This document shows positions 42,753 through 51,953 of a stretch of 52,633 bases of DNA, piece by piece. The notes under the pieces were generated by a model, which worked only from the letters and a program-made list of their open reading frames with translations, was not told where the DNA came from and made no database searches. Numbering within the stretch: position 1 is the stretch's first letter; the number at the start of each line of letters is the position of its first letter. Source of the DNA: Candidatus Jorgensenbacteria bacterium RIFCSPLOWO2_01_FULL_45_25b (GTDB taxonomy: Bacteria > Patescibacteriota > Minisyncoccia > UBA6257 > GWB1-50-10); assembly GCA_001781035.1 (NCBI GenBank), contig MFKK01000034.1, forward strand, positions 1 through 52,633, in the 5' to 3' direction. Made by a program: the position numbers and the translations under genes.

Positions 42753-42893
42753 TCAATATGGTTCGCGGAGTTTAACGTGTTCACCGAAATCAGTAATAAA
42801 TAATCTTTTCAGAACTCGCGCCTTTTTGGTATGATTCATTTTCCATTTCTTATGTGGCTTACACAGTCCGCAGGCAGAAGTATTTTTTCTCAT
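42753..42893 (-). CDS. Small basic Cys-x2-Cys protein, 46 aa (not in the ORF track)
   Basis: Manual translation gives MRKNTSACGLCKPHKKWKMNHTKKARVLKRLFITDFGEHVKLREPY. It has the same length and the same MRK start as its neighbour, and shares His14 and Trp17. Confidence 0.35.
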   Translation of the reverse strand: MRKNTSACGLCKPHKKWKMNHTKKARVLKRLFITDFGEHVKLREPY

Positions 42894-43178
42894 CAAATAT
42901 AAAACGATATCACGATAAAATAGTTACTTTATGTTTGGGATTGAACGCCTTCCTTAAATCATTCCAACATTCTCAAGAATGTTGGAATGTTATTTTGTTG
43001 GTTGCGTGGACAGAAAGGTTTGGCCGCGAAGATTTTGTCGTAATGAAGTGGTGTGTTCTAACGAAATGGCTGCTGTTTTTTATATGATTTGAAGCTATGT
43101 GTCAATAATTTTTAAAATACTTTATTTGACATAAATTAGATTTTGTTTTACTCTATTTTTTAGAAAGGCGGGCCGGTC

Positions 43179-43427
43179 ATGGACAGGCTGATAAAGAGAA
43201 CGCGGAAGGCGCATGTTTGTCGCTATTGTAAAAGGGTGATTAATCCGAGTTCGACTTGCTATTATGGCGAGGGCGAGCGCGGATATTATCACAAAGAGTG
43301 CGCCGAGACTCTTCTTGAGTTGGGGGGCTTGGCAAAAAAAGGCGGTTACAAAAATGATGCCTTTACGGCGTTGGAACAGAAACTTGAACGCCTAAGAAAG
43401 GAGTCTGATGAGGACGGAGGCGAATAG
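43179..43427 (+). CDS. Small zinc-finger-like protein, hypothetical
   Basis: 'CRYCKR', a further Cys and 'HKEC' are present. The C-terminal half is charged and helical. A strong terminator follows. Confidence 0.5.
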   Translation: MDRLIKRTRKAHVCRYCKRVINPSSTCYYGEGERGYYHKECAETLLELGGLAKKGGYKNDAFTALEQKLERLRKESDEDGGE

Positions 43428-43440
43428 CCTCCGTTTTTTT
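43415..43440. terminator. Bidirectional intrinsic terminator between the small zinc-finger gene and pgk
   Basis: The stem-loop 'cggaggc gaata gcctccg' is followed by T7. The plus-strand stop codon lies in the loop. Confidence 0.7.
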
Positions 43441-44545
43441 ATTTATTTAACGCTGTAATTCCTGGAAGAGTTTTACCGGAGAGATAATCAAGCATGGCGC
43501 CACCACCCGTCGAAATGTATAGATTTCGCAAATCCGAAATCCGAAATCCGAAATCCGAAACTAATTTGATTGAAGCAGTGGTTTCGCCACCGCCGACAAG
43601 CGAAAAGGCGGTTTTATTTTTGATGATAGCCTGCCACACGCCTTTTGTGCCTTTCTCATAGCCGTGTTTTTCAAACATGCCTATCGGGCCGCTCCAGATA
43701 ATGGTTTTTGATTCGGAGATGATGTTTGCGAACTTTTGAATTGTTTTTGGACCAATATCAAGAATTTTGTTGTCGTGAAACTTAATATCTTCGGGCAGAA
43801 GAATGTTGTTGTAAAGGAGATAGTCTTTAATATCTTTGACCTCATCAACGATGGAGTTCTTGACGTCTTCGCCCCGAGCTTTTAAGAAGGTGTTTGCCAA
43901 TCCCCCGCCAATCAGAATGGTGTTCGCTTTTTCTTTGAAATACTTAATAATATCGCCTTTATCTTTTATTTTTATACCTCCCAAGATGAGGGTGAGCGGA
44001 GGTTCGTATGTTTTCACCGCGCGCTCCAAATGTTCTATTTCTTTTTCCAAAAGCAATCCTCCGTAGAAGGGCAGAAATTTTGTGATGGCGCACACAGAGG
44101 CGTTTTCACGATGGGAGACGGCGAAGGCGTCGTTTATGTAGATGTCGCCGAGACCAGCCAGTTCTTTCGCAAAGTTTATATCGTTTGCTTCTTCGCGAAA
44201 GTCAAAGCGGAGGTTTTCAAAGAGAACTATTTGAGTTTTTGTTTGTACTTCCCTCCTTTCGGGATTACAATAAGGGAAGAAGCCTACTTTTGAACCGACT
44301 TTTTTCGCGAGCAATTTGGCGAACGGTCTTAGGGAGAGTTTTTTGTCTTTTCCCTCGGGTCTGCCCCGGTGGCTTATGATGTGAATACGACACCCAAGCT
44401 TTTGCAGAAAGCGTATTGTCGGGATGGTGGAATCCAAGCGGTACATTTCTTCTTTTGTCTTTGTGTTGATGTTTAAGTCAACGCGCAAAAGGCATGTTTT
44501 TCCCGCTATGTTTTCGGGGTTGATGGCTGAAAGGTAGTTAATCAT
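43439..44545 (-). CDS. pgk: Phosphoglycerate kinase, with a heptamer repeat in the C-terminal region
   Basis: Motifs 'RVDLN', 'SHRGRP' and 'STGGGA' are present. I placed the start at ATG 44545 ('MINYLSA...'), not at the ORF-track 44623. Confidence 0.9.
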   Translation of the reverse strand: MINYLSAINPENIAGKTCLLRVDLNINTKTKEEMYRLDSTIPTIRFLQKLGCRIHIISHRGRPEGKDKKLSLRPFAKLLAKKVGSKVGFFPYCNPERREVQTKTQIVLFENLRFDFREEANDINFAKELAGLGDIYINDAFAVSHRENASVCAITKFLPFYGGLLLEKEIEHLERAVKTYEPPLTLILGGIKIKDKGDIIKYFKEKANTILIGGGLANTFLKARGEDVKNSIVDEVKDIKDYLLYNNILLPEDIKFHDNKILDIGPKTIQKFANIISESKTIIWSGPIGMFEKHGYEKGTKGVWQAIIKNKTAFSLVGGGETTASIKLVSDFGFRISDLRNLYISTGGGAMLDYLSGKTLPGITALNK

Positions 44546-44570
44546 TTTTTTATTATATCCTGTTTTTTTT

Positions 44571-45824
44571 ATGTCTACAAAAACTATTCTTATTGTCGGA
44601 GGAGGTTTTGGAGGGATTCGCACCGCTCTTTGTCTTCTACAAAAGCTTGCACGATACCATCTTCTTTCTCGTTATGAGATAGTGCTCGCGGATAAGAATG
44701 CCAGCCATACCTACACTCCTCTTTTGTACGAGGCGGCTTGTGTTCCTTCGGGCGCGTCTTCACGAGAAGAGATTCAATCGCTTGTTTCGTATCTTTTTTC
44801 CTCCGTCTTTTTTGGAAGGCGAATTACTTTTCTTGAAAAGGAGGTTTTGAGAGTTGATGTCGCGGGAAAAAAAATTATTTTTTCAACAGGAAGCCGTGCC
44901 TTTGACTATCTTGTGCTCGCAACAGGCCTAGAGGTTAATTATTTCGGTATTCCCGGAGCTTCTGAATATGCCCTGCCTTTGAAAACGCATAAGGATGCTC
45001 TCGCGATTAGAGATTCTGTTATACGTCTTTCGGAACAGAGCGAGCGGATTTCTCTTGTCGTTGGCGGTGGCGGGCCTACGGGGGTTGAGCTTGCTTCCGA
45101 GTTAAAAAACTGGATTCCGGAGGCTGATGTTGTTTTGCTTGAGGGAAAAGAGCGTATTTTGTCCGGGTTTGATGAACGCATTCAATCTCTTGTTTTAAAG
45201 AGACTTTCCCGATTAGGAGTTCAGGTCAAAACCTGTTTTTGCGTTTCTTCAGTTGAAAAAGACGTGGTTCTTTCCACGAATGGCGCGCGCGTTTCTTCCT
45301 CCCTGTTTTTATGGACTGCCGGAGTTGGAGCGGGCGGGTTTACGGAACGATTTCCATTTTTGAAGACGAAAGGAGGCTGTCTGGCTGTGGATCCTTTTTT
45401 AAGATGTTTTTCTTTGGATTCCGAGCAGAATGTGTTGGATGTTGTTTATGCTTTGGGCGATGTAAGTTTGTTTTCCGATTATCACGCAAAGCAAACACTC
45501 CCTCTTCTCGCGCAAATCGCTTTGGATGAGGCAAGGGTTGTTTCTTCAAATATTGTTGAGGATATTCGGCTTAAAGAGGGATTTATTCACCGCGCTTCTT
45601 TTTCTTCTTTTTTTCCAAAGAAGGAATATCCTTACGTGTTGCCGGTTGGGGGCAAGTTTGCCGTCGCGAAGGTTGGCGGAATTATTTTTTCTGGTTTTTT
45701 TGGCTGGCTCATGAAGGGGCTTGTTGAGTTAAGATATCTTCTTTCCATTTTTCGCGCGCGAACCGCGTTTCAAATCTGGTTTAAGGGACTTTTGATATTT
45801 TTGAAGGACGATAAGTTGGGGTAG
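44571..45824 (+). CDS. ndh: Type II NADH dehydrogenase-like FAD-dependent oxidoreductase
   Basis: Two Rossmann motifs are present, 'IVGGGFGG' and 'VVGGGGPTGVE', followed by 'GDV'. Confidence 0.8.
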   Translation: MSTKTILIVGGGFGGIRTALCLLQKLARYHLLSRYEIVLADKNASHTYTPLLYEAACVPSGASSREEIQSLVSYLFSSVFFGRRITFLEKEVLRVDVAGKKIIFSTGSRAFDYLVLATGLEVNYFGIPGASEYALPLKTHKDALAIRDSVIRLSEQSERISLVVGGGGPTGVELASELKNWIPEADVVLLEGKERILSGFDERIQSLVLKRLSRLGVQVKTCFCVSSVEKDVVLSTNGARVSSSLFLWTAGVGAGGFTERFPFLKTKGGCLAVDPFLRCFSLDSEQNVLDVVYALGDVSLFSDYHAKQTLPLLAQIALDEARVVSSNIVEDIRLKEGFIHRASFSSFFPKKEYPYVLPVGGKFAVAKVGGIIFSGFFGWLMKGLVELRYLLSIFRARTAFQIWFKGLLIFLKDDKLG

Positions 45825-45900
45825 AGTTGGGTAGAGGATTAAGGACTAAAGATTAAGGATTAAAAAAAACAGCCTCCGCTTTGGCAGGACTGTTTTTTTA

Positions 45901-46037
45901 GATCTTTTGTCTACCGGCATATCCTACTTTCCCAGTCAAAAAAGACAAGTATCATCAGACGAAAACGCTTTCACTTCTGTGTTCGGAATGGGAACAGGTG
46001 GATCTCGTTTACGCTAAACACCGGCAGGCAAAAGATC
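45901..46037 (-). rRNA. rrf: 5S rRNA with an extended terminal helix
   Basis: The reverse complement contains 'CCACCUGUUCCCAUUCCGAACACAGAAGUGAAAGCG'. The ends 'GAUCUUUUGCCUGCCGG' and 'CCGGUAGACAAAAGAUC' pair. Confidence 0.9.
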
Positions 46038-46450
46038 TAAAATGTTTTGTTGAAAGTAAACTTTTTAAGGTAGAAGTTTATCCTCTGCGTGAGGTATAAA
46101 AGTGTATTGCTCGAATAAGCAAGGTGGGATTTATTAGTACTCCTCGGCTCCATCCCTTGCGGGACTTCCACCTAGAGCCTATCAACCTGGTAGTCTTCCA
46201 GGAATCCATGATGCATTATCTTGGGAGGGGCTTCGTGCTTAGATGCCTTCAGCGCTTATCCCTTCCGAACATAGCTACCCAGCGATTCACCTGGTGGCAA
46301 AGCTGGTAGACCAGAGGTTCGTTCAACCCGGTCCTCTCGTACTAGGGTCAACTTCCCTCAAGCATCGTAACGCCGACAGTAGATAGAGACCAACCTGTCT
46401 CACGACGGTTTGAACCCAGCTCGCGTACCACTTTAATTGGCGAACAGCCA

Positions 46451-46483
<33 letters not shown>

Positions 46484-46497
46484 GTGAGCCGACATCG

Positions 46498-47331
46498 CAT
46501 CTTCTCTATTATTACTAATAGCGTGGACTATATCTTCATCCTTTTTATCTTAAAAAGGAGCTGACGTGTTAGCTGGAAACCATGTTTCCAACTCTGCCTC
46601 GTTGCAACCCAATGCATAAGGCAAGTCTCTACGGGGTTATAACTCAATTTTATATCTCATTGAAGGAATGATTTCTTTATCTAGTATTTTTCGCAATATA
46701 GCAAGTGAAGATTTTAGAAAACGCAACCGATAATACTGTTTATCTTTATTAAGAGTCGCTTTTAGATTGAGCTTTTGAAGTGCTCGCACTAACTTTTTCT
46801 GATCTTGAATGCTAAATTGTTGAGTATTCAGATATATGTCATTGGTTTTACAACGACTTCCATCATCCATGAACCAGACTGCTAAACTTGTTGGATCTAG
46901 GGTAAGGTTTGCAGGAATTACCTTTTTCGTTTTTCTATAAAAGAGTTGATGCAGAGCGGTTAGCTCTGATAACTGCTTTGAGTAGAAACGATAGGCAATT
47001 CTTGTTCCATTACTTTTCCGCATTTTGGGCGGAGAACCGGAAATATTTTTTAATATTTTATATTTCCAATCAACATATTCTTTTTGGGCAAAAGAATGAT
47101 TGATTTCCAAAAGAGCATGTTTTCTTTTTGGAATGATTCTTAGATAACCATCTCCCAAAAGCGTTCCAACAATCAATGATTTTTGTTGTTGAGTTAAACT
47201 TCCCACGGTATTGTCCATATAATGATTCTATCATTTCACTGTATGGAGTTCACCGTTATAAGTCAGATTTTTCTTTGATCGCATCACAGCGATCGGGAAT
47301 GAGATTACTCTCATTGCACCCCAATGTGTTA
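46498..47331 (-). mobile_element. Intron (group I-like) in 23S domain V carrying a LAGLIDADG ORF
   Basis: On the plus strand the conserved string 'gagccgacatcg|aggtgcc' is interrupted by ~834 nt. Joining the flanks restores the 'GGCACCUCGAUGUCGGCUC' consensus, at about E. coli position 2500. Confidence 0.8.
46637..47218 (-). CDS. LAGLIDADG homing endonuclease (double-motif)
   Basis: Both motifs are present, 'LIVGTLLGDGYL' and 'LAVWFMDDGS'. The gene lies wholly within the 23S intervening sequence. Confidence 0.9.
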   Translation of the reverse strand: MDNTVGSLTQQQKSLIVGTLLGDGYLRIIPKRKHALLEINHSFAQKEYVDWKYKILKNISGSPPKMRKSNGTRIAYRFYSKQLSELTALHQLFYRKTKKVIPANLTLDPTSLAVWFMDDGSRCKTNDIYLNTQQFSIQDQKKLVRALQKLNLKATLNKDKQYYRLRFLKSSLAILRKILDKEIIPSMRYKIEL

Positions 47332-47952
47332 AGGTGCCGAGCTCCGTCGTCGATGTGGACTCTCGGACGGAACCAGCCTGTTATCCCCGGAGTAGCTTTT
47401 ATCCGTTATCTCCGACCTTCCTATAAAGATTCGTCGGGTCGCTAAGCTCTGCTTTCGCACCTGCGCGACTTGTATGTCTTGCAGTTAAGCTGGCTTTTGC
47501 CTTTACGCGTCCAGCCCGATTTCCATCCGGGCTAAGCCAACCTTAATAGACTCCTCCGTTACTTTTTGGGAGGAATCCGCCCCAGATAAACTGCCCACCA
47601 GGCACTGTCTCCACGGCGTTTTGCGCCGCAGGTTAGATATTAACAACTAAAAGATGGGTATTTCACTGACGGCTCCATCCCATCCGAAAACAGGACTTCA
47701 AAGCCTCCCCACTATGCTACGCATCCAGACATTAATACCAATACCAAGCTACAGTAAAGCTTCCGGGGTCTTTTCGTCTTACTGTCGGTATCCCGCGTCT
47801 TCACGGGAATCGCATTTTCATCGGGCTCCTCGTTGAGACAGTTCTCCAGTCGTTACACCTTTCGTGCGCTCCGGAACTTACCCGGAAAGGAATTGCGCTA
47901 CCTTAGAACGGTTATAGTTACCGCTGACATTGACGAGGGCTTCGGACAGTAA

Positions 47953-48160
47953 GCCGCACCTCACTACGGTTCGGTGCGTACAGAAATAAATAGAAATTGA
48001 TAGAAATATGCTTCGCGAAATTAACCCCACCCCTCCCTCCCCTAAGACTTAGGGGAGGGAGACGGAGGGAGAGGTTAGTCTCTATTGAATTTCTATGAAT
48101 TTCGTCCCGAATAAAGTGAGGGACATATTTCTGTCGCATCGAACGATAGTGAGATGCGAC
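47953..48160. other. ~190-nt expansion segment at the tip of 23S helix 68 (E. coli ~1870)
   Basis: The conserved flanks 'GGUAAC..CCCUCGUC' and 'GGUUAACGAUGG' are separated by ~215 nt here, against ~28 nt in E. coli. The insert is a long imperfect hairpin with the apical stem 'cccctccctcccctaagacttaggggagggag' and the inverted arms 'acagaaata..' / '..tatttctgt'. Confidence 0.75.
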
Positions 48161-48830
48161 CTCCATCGTTAACCTTCTCGCATCGGTCAGGTGTCACCCC
48201 CTATACATCCTCTTACGAGTTCGCAGGGAGCTGTGTTTTTGTTAAACAGTCGCCAGAGAAACTTTCGCTGCGGGCGTGCTTACGCGCGCCAGGCCTTATC
48301 CCGAAGTTACGGCCGCTTTTTTGCCGAGTTCCTTAACGAGGACTCACCCGTTCCCCTTGGGCTTCTCGCCCTATCCACCTGTGGCGGTTTCCGGTACGGA
48401 TTCCATACTTCAACCTTAGAGGTTTTTCTTGAACGCGCGCTCTATCAACTTGCGTCGACACGTATGCCAACACTTGCCTCTACTCTGGAGTTTGCGACTA
48501 AACGCAGAGACGCGGATTTGCCTACGCCTCACTCTCGAGTCAAGGATGCCAAACCATTAAGACACTTAATGTACTGCGCGTTGTCCCCCCATCGGACTAT
48601 GAAATACGGAAGGGCTGGAATATTAACCAGCTGTCCATCAGCTTCGGCTTTCGCCATTGCCTTAGGGCCGCCTCACCCTCCGCCGATTCGCGTTGCGGAG
48701 GAAACCTTGGATTTTCGGGGAGCCGGTTTTTCACCGACTTTGTGATTACTCATGCCAGCATTCTCTCTTCCTAACGCTCCAGTCGCCCTCACGGATCAAC
48801 CTTCAGCGCATTAGGAATGCTCTCCTACCA

Positions 48831-49008
48831 CGCCTCGCGCTTTGCGCGAGGAAATCCTAAGCTCTAAATTCTAAATCCTAAACAATATCAAAACTCAAAT
48901 GACCGAAACTCAAAACATTTTGTTTTAAGTGTTTGGATTTTGAATTTAAAATTTGTTTAGAGTTTAGAGATTAGAATTTAGAATTTCCTTGTGCAAAGCA
49001 CAAGACAT
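48831..49008. repeat. Intervening sequence at 23S helix 45 built from an AATTTCT-family hairpin
   Basis: Between the conserved 'CCGAAG' and 'GGUAGGAGAGC' blocks lie three hairpins: CUUGUGC-UUU-GCACAAG, a ~140-nt heptamer-repeat hairpin, and CCUCGCGC-AAA-GCGCGAGG. Confidence 0.8.
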
Positions 49009-49684
49009 TCGCATCTTCGGTACCTTGCTTAGCCCCGGTAAATTTTCGGCGCCATCATCCTCGAATAGTGAGTTGTTACACACTCTTTAAAGGATGGCTA
49101 CCTCTGAGCCAACCTCCTATCTGTTTATGGATAATGACCACCTTTCACACTTAGCAACTCCGATACCCTTGCGGAGATCGGAGTCCCGACTTCACGTCGG
49201 GAGAATTTAGGGACCTTAGATGGCGATCTGGGCTCTTCCCCTCTCGACCACGGAGCTTAGCCCCCGCAGTCTGACTGCTAATGAACAACTCATGGTATTC
49301 GGAGTTTGATTGATCGTCCGAGCTTGCGCCCAGTGACGATCATCCAGTGCTCTACCCCCACGAGTCTATTTAATTAACGCTAGCCCGAAAGCTATTTCGG
49401 AGAGAACCAGCTATTACCAAGTTCGATTAGTTTTTCGCTCCTTACCCCAATTCATCCGAGAGTTTTGCACGGCTCACCGGTTCGGACCTTCATTCGATTT
49501 TACTCGAACTTCATCCTGATCAGGGCAAGCTCACCTGGTTTCGGGTCTTACACGTACTGCTTAATCGCCCTATTAAGACTCGCTTTCGCTACGCCTCCTC
49601 CCGCTTGGCGGGATTAGACTTGCAACACATGCAAACTCGCTGGCTCATTCTTCAATAGGCACGCCGTCACTCGCCGTTGCACAG

Positions 49685-49846
49685 CAGCGGAATTTCTAAT
49701 TTCTAATCTCTAATTTCTAAACAAACCCAAATGATAGAATGACTAATGACTAAAACAATTTAAGTTTAGACATTACACATTTTGACATTAGAAATTTATT
49801 AGATATTAGTAATTAGGAATTAGTTATTCCGATGCTGCGCATCGGT
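49685..49846. repeat. Intervening sequence at 23S helix 25, hairpin cassette copy 1
   Basis: The cassette reads 'gcacagcagcgg aatttctaatttctaatctctaatttctaaac ... gatagaatgactaatgactaaaacaattta ... attagaaatttattagatattagtaattaggaatt ... ccgatgctgcgc'. Confidence 0.85.
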
Positions 49847-50202
49847 TGAGCTCCGGCTCTTTGTAAGTAAGTGGTTTCAGATACTATTTCATCGCCCTCA
49901 CCGGGCTGCTTTTCACCTTTCCCTCACGGTACTGGTTCACTATCGATCACCAAATGTATTTAGCCTTACCAGATAGTACTGGCAGATTCCCTCAAGGTTA
50001 TCTTGGCCTTGAGGTACTCAAGAACAAGAACGATTGGTCACTTTGTTTTCGCCTACGAGGCTTTCACTCACTATGGCTGTCCTTTCCAGAACATTTGACT
50101 AACAAAGTGATTTGTAACCAATTACCAAATAAACTTCCGTAGCTCCGGAAATTTCCGAAGCTTCAGAAGTTTTTTGGAATGTTCTCGCCTTACAACCCCC
50201 GC

Positions 50203-50374
50203 CGCTGCACAGCAGCGGAATTTCTAATCTCTAATTTCTAATCTCTAATTTCTAAATAAATCCGAATGATAGAATGACTAATGACTAAAACAATTTACGT
50301 TTAGACATTTAAGCATTTTAACATTAGAAATTTATTAGATATTAGTAATTAGAAATTCCGATGCTGTGCATCGA
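50203..50374. repeat. Hairpin cassette copy 2 in 23S domain I (E. coli ~270-280)
   Basis: It has the same base stem, heptamer arms and central 'gatagaatgactaatgactaaaacaattta' core as 49685-49846. On the rRNA strand it lies just 3' of 'GUAGCGGCGAGCGAA..CAGCCC'. Confidence 0.85.
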
Positions 50375-50474
50375 CAGGTTTGGGCTGTTCCCTTTTCGCT
50401 CGCCGCTACTTGGGGAATACAAATTTGTCTCTTTTCCACCAGGTACTTAGATGTTTCAGTTCCCTGGGTGCGCT

Positions 50475-50631
50475 CCACTGCGTAGCAGCGGAATTTCTAA
50501 TTTCTAATATCTAATTTCTAAATAAATCCGAATGATAGAATGACTAATGACTAAAACAATTTACGTTTAGACATTAGAAATTTATTAGATATTAGTAATT
50601 AGGAATTAGTTATTCCGATGCTACGCACTGG
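50475..50631. repeat. Hairpin cassette copy 3 in 23S domain I (E. coli ~140)
   Basis: It is the same cassette, lying between 'CCGAAUGGGAAAACCC..' and 'GGGAACUGAAACAUCUAAGUA' on the rRNA strand. Confidence 0.85.
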
Positions 50632-51120
50632 TTACCGCGTTTTACACGGCAGGGTTTTCCCATTCGGAAATCTCCGGATCAAAGGTTGCTACACACCTCC
50701 CCGAAGCTTATCGCAGTTACGCCACGTCCTTCATCGCCATTTGGTGTCAAGGCATCCACCACCTACCCTTAACTTGCTTACATGAGCAATTTCACTTTTA
50801 TCTTACATATATGATATGCAAGAAACTTCTACCTTAGAAAGTTTACTTTCTTAACTGCCTATTTCGCCTGCTTGCGGGGCGAAATGAGGCTATGAAGTTT
50901 TCAAAGTTCAAGAAAGCATCCATACCGTCGGAGCGCCAATGTTGAGGTCGGCTTGTTTCGGCCGCAACATTGAGGCTCTTTTTCTGTCTTTGTTTCGCGT
51001 GTGAAGAAATAAAAATCCCGCCAGGTCTTGGCGGGCCGACACATCAATAATATAGGGCTTTCTTCACCCGTGTCTCCCACCTTGATATGTATTGGCTTTT
51101 TTCATTAGCAGTAAGTACCA

Positions 51121-51148
51121 ATTCTATTCATTATTTGAGGCTTGTCAA
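51121..51148 (-). promoter_or_regulatory. Candidate sigma-70-type promoter of the 23S-5S operon
   Basis: On the minus strand: TTGACA (51148-51143), a 16-nt spacer, then TAGAAT (51126-51121). It lies ~325 nt upstream of the mature 23S 5' end. Confidence 0.5.
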
Positions 51149-51200
51149 GCGGTGATAATCCCTTTTTTATCTAGCTTGGGAATGGCTTTGGCGAACAGGC

Positions 51201-51824
51201 TTATTTACGCGGTTTTTCGTCCGTAATAAGAGGCACGAAACGAAAGCCAGCGTACTCTTTTTTCTTGAATTCTTTTGCAGATTTTTTTTCAATTTGGATG
51301 ATGCTTTCTCCCACAGGAGCAACGACATACCCGCCTATTTTTAGTTCGGATTTCCATGCCGATGAAACGCGAACGCACGTTGCCGCCGCGATGATTTTGT
51401 CGTATGGCGCGCGCTCTTTATATCCTTTCGCTCCGTCGCCTTTTATTATTTTTATGTTCTCGTTTTGATATGTTGAAAGATTTTTTTCCGCTTGCCTCAT
51501 GAGTTCCTCTATTCTTTCAATTGTTGTAACGCTTCCCTCTTTTCCGACAAGTTTTGAGAGAAGCGCGGTTTGCCATCCGGAGCCGGTTCCGATTTCCAAA
51601 ATCTTTTCTCCTTGTTTCGGTTCCAAGAGTTCCAGCATGAACGCCACGACAAGCGGTTGGGAGATTGTTTGTCTGTAACCAATCGGAAGCGCCTGATTTA
51701 GATAGGCATGCTTCTTCATTTCTTCCGGTAGAAAATCTTTTCGGTCAACGTATTTGAACGCTTCTATAATTGAGGACGTTTTTAGGTAGCCTTCGGAGAT
51801 GAGTTGTTGAATAAGAGTTTCCAT
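51201..51824 (-). CDS. pcm: Protein-L-isoaspartate O-methyltransferase
   Basis: Motifs 'QTISQP', 'ILEIGTGSGWQTA' and 'YDKIIAAA' are present. Confidence 0.85.
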   Translation of the reverse strand: METLIQQLISEGYLKTSSIIEAFKYVDRKDFLPEEMKKHAYLNQALPIGYRQTISQPLVVAFMLELLEPKQGEKILEIGTGSGWQTALLSKLVGKEGSVTTIERIEELMRQAEKNLSTYQNENIKIIKGDGAKGYKERAPYDKIIAAATCVRVSSAWKSELKIGGYVVAPVGESIIQIEKKSAKEFKKKEYAGFRFVPLITDEKPRK

Positions 51825-51953
51825 AATAAACTATGCGAACCTACAAACGCTCGCTAATCTACAAATGAATGCGAATCTACAAATATCTACGAAACCTACG
51901 AATTTTTATATTGAAAGAAGGATGCCGGGAAGTTGTGAGTTGAAGGTTACTTA

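Noticed and set aside
42854-43087. The 77-aa plus-strand ORF in the ORF-poor region 42340-43180.
   Set aside because: It has no motifs. It spans the palindrome and the putative promoter region of the minus-strand small ORFs, and its start context is poor. It is probably non-coding.
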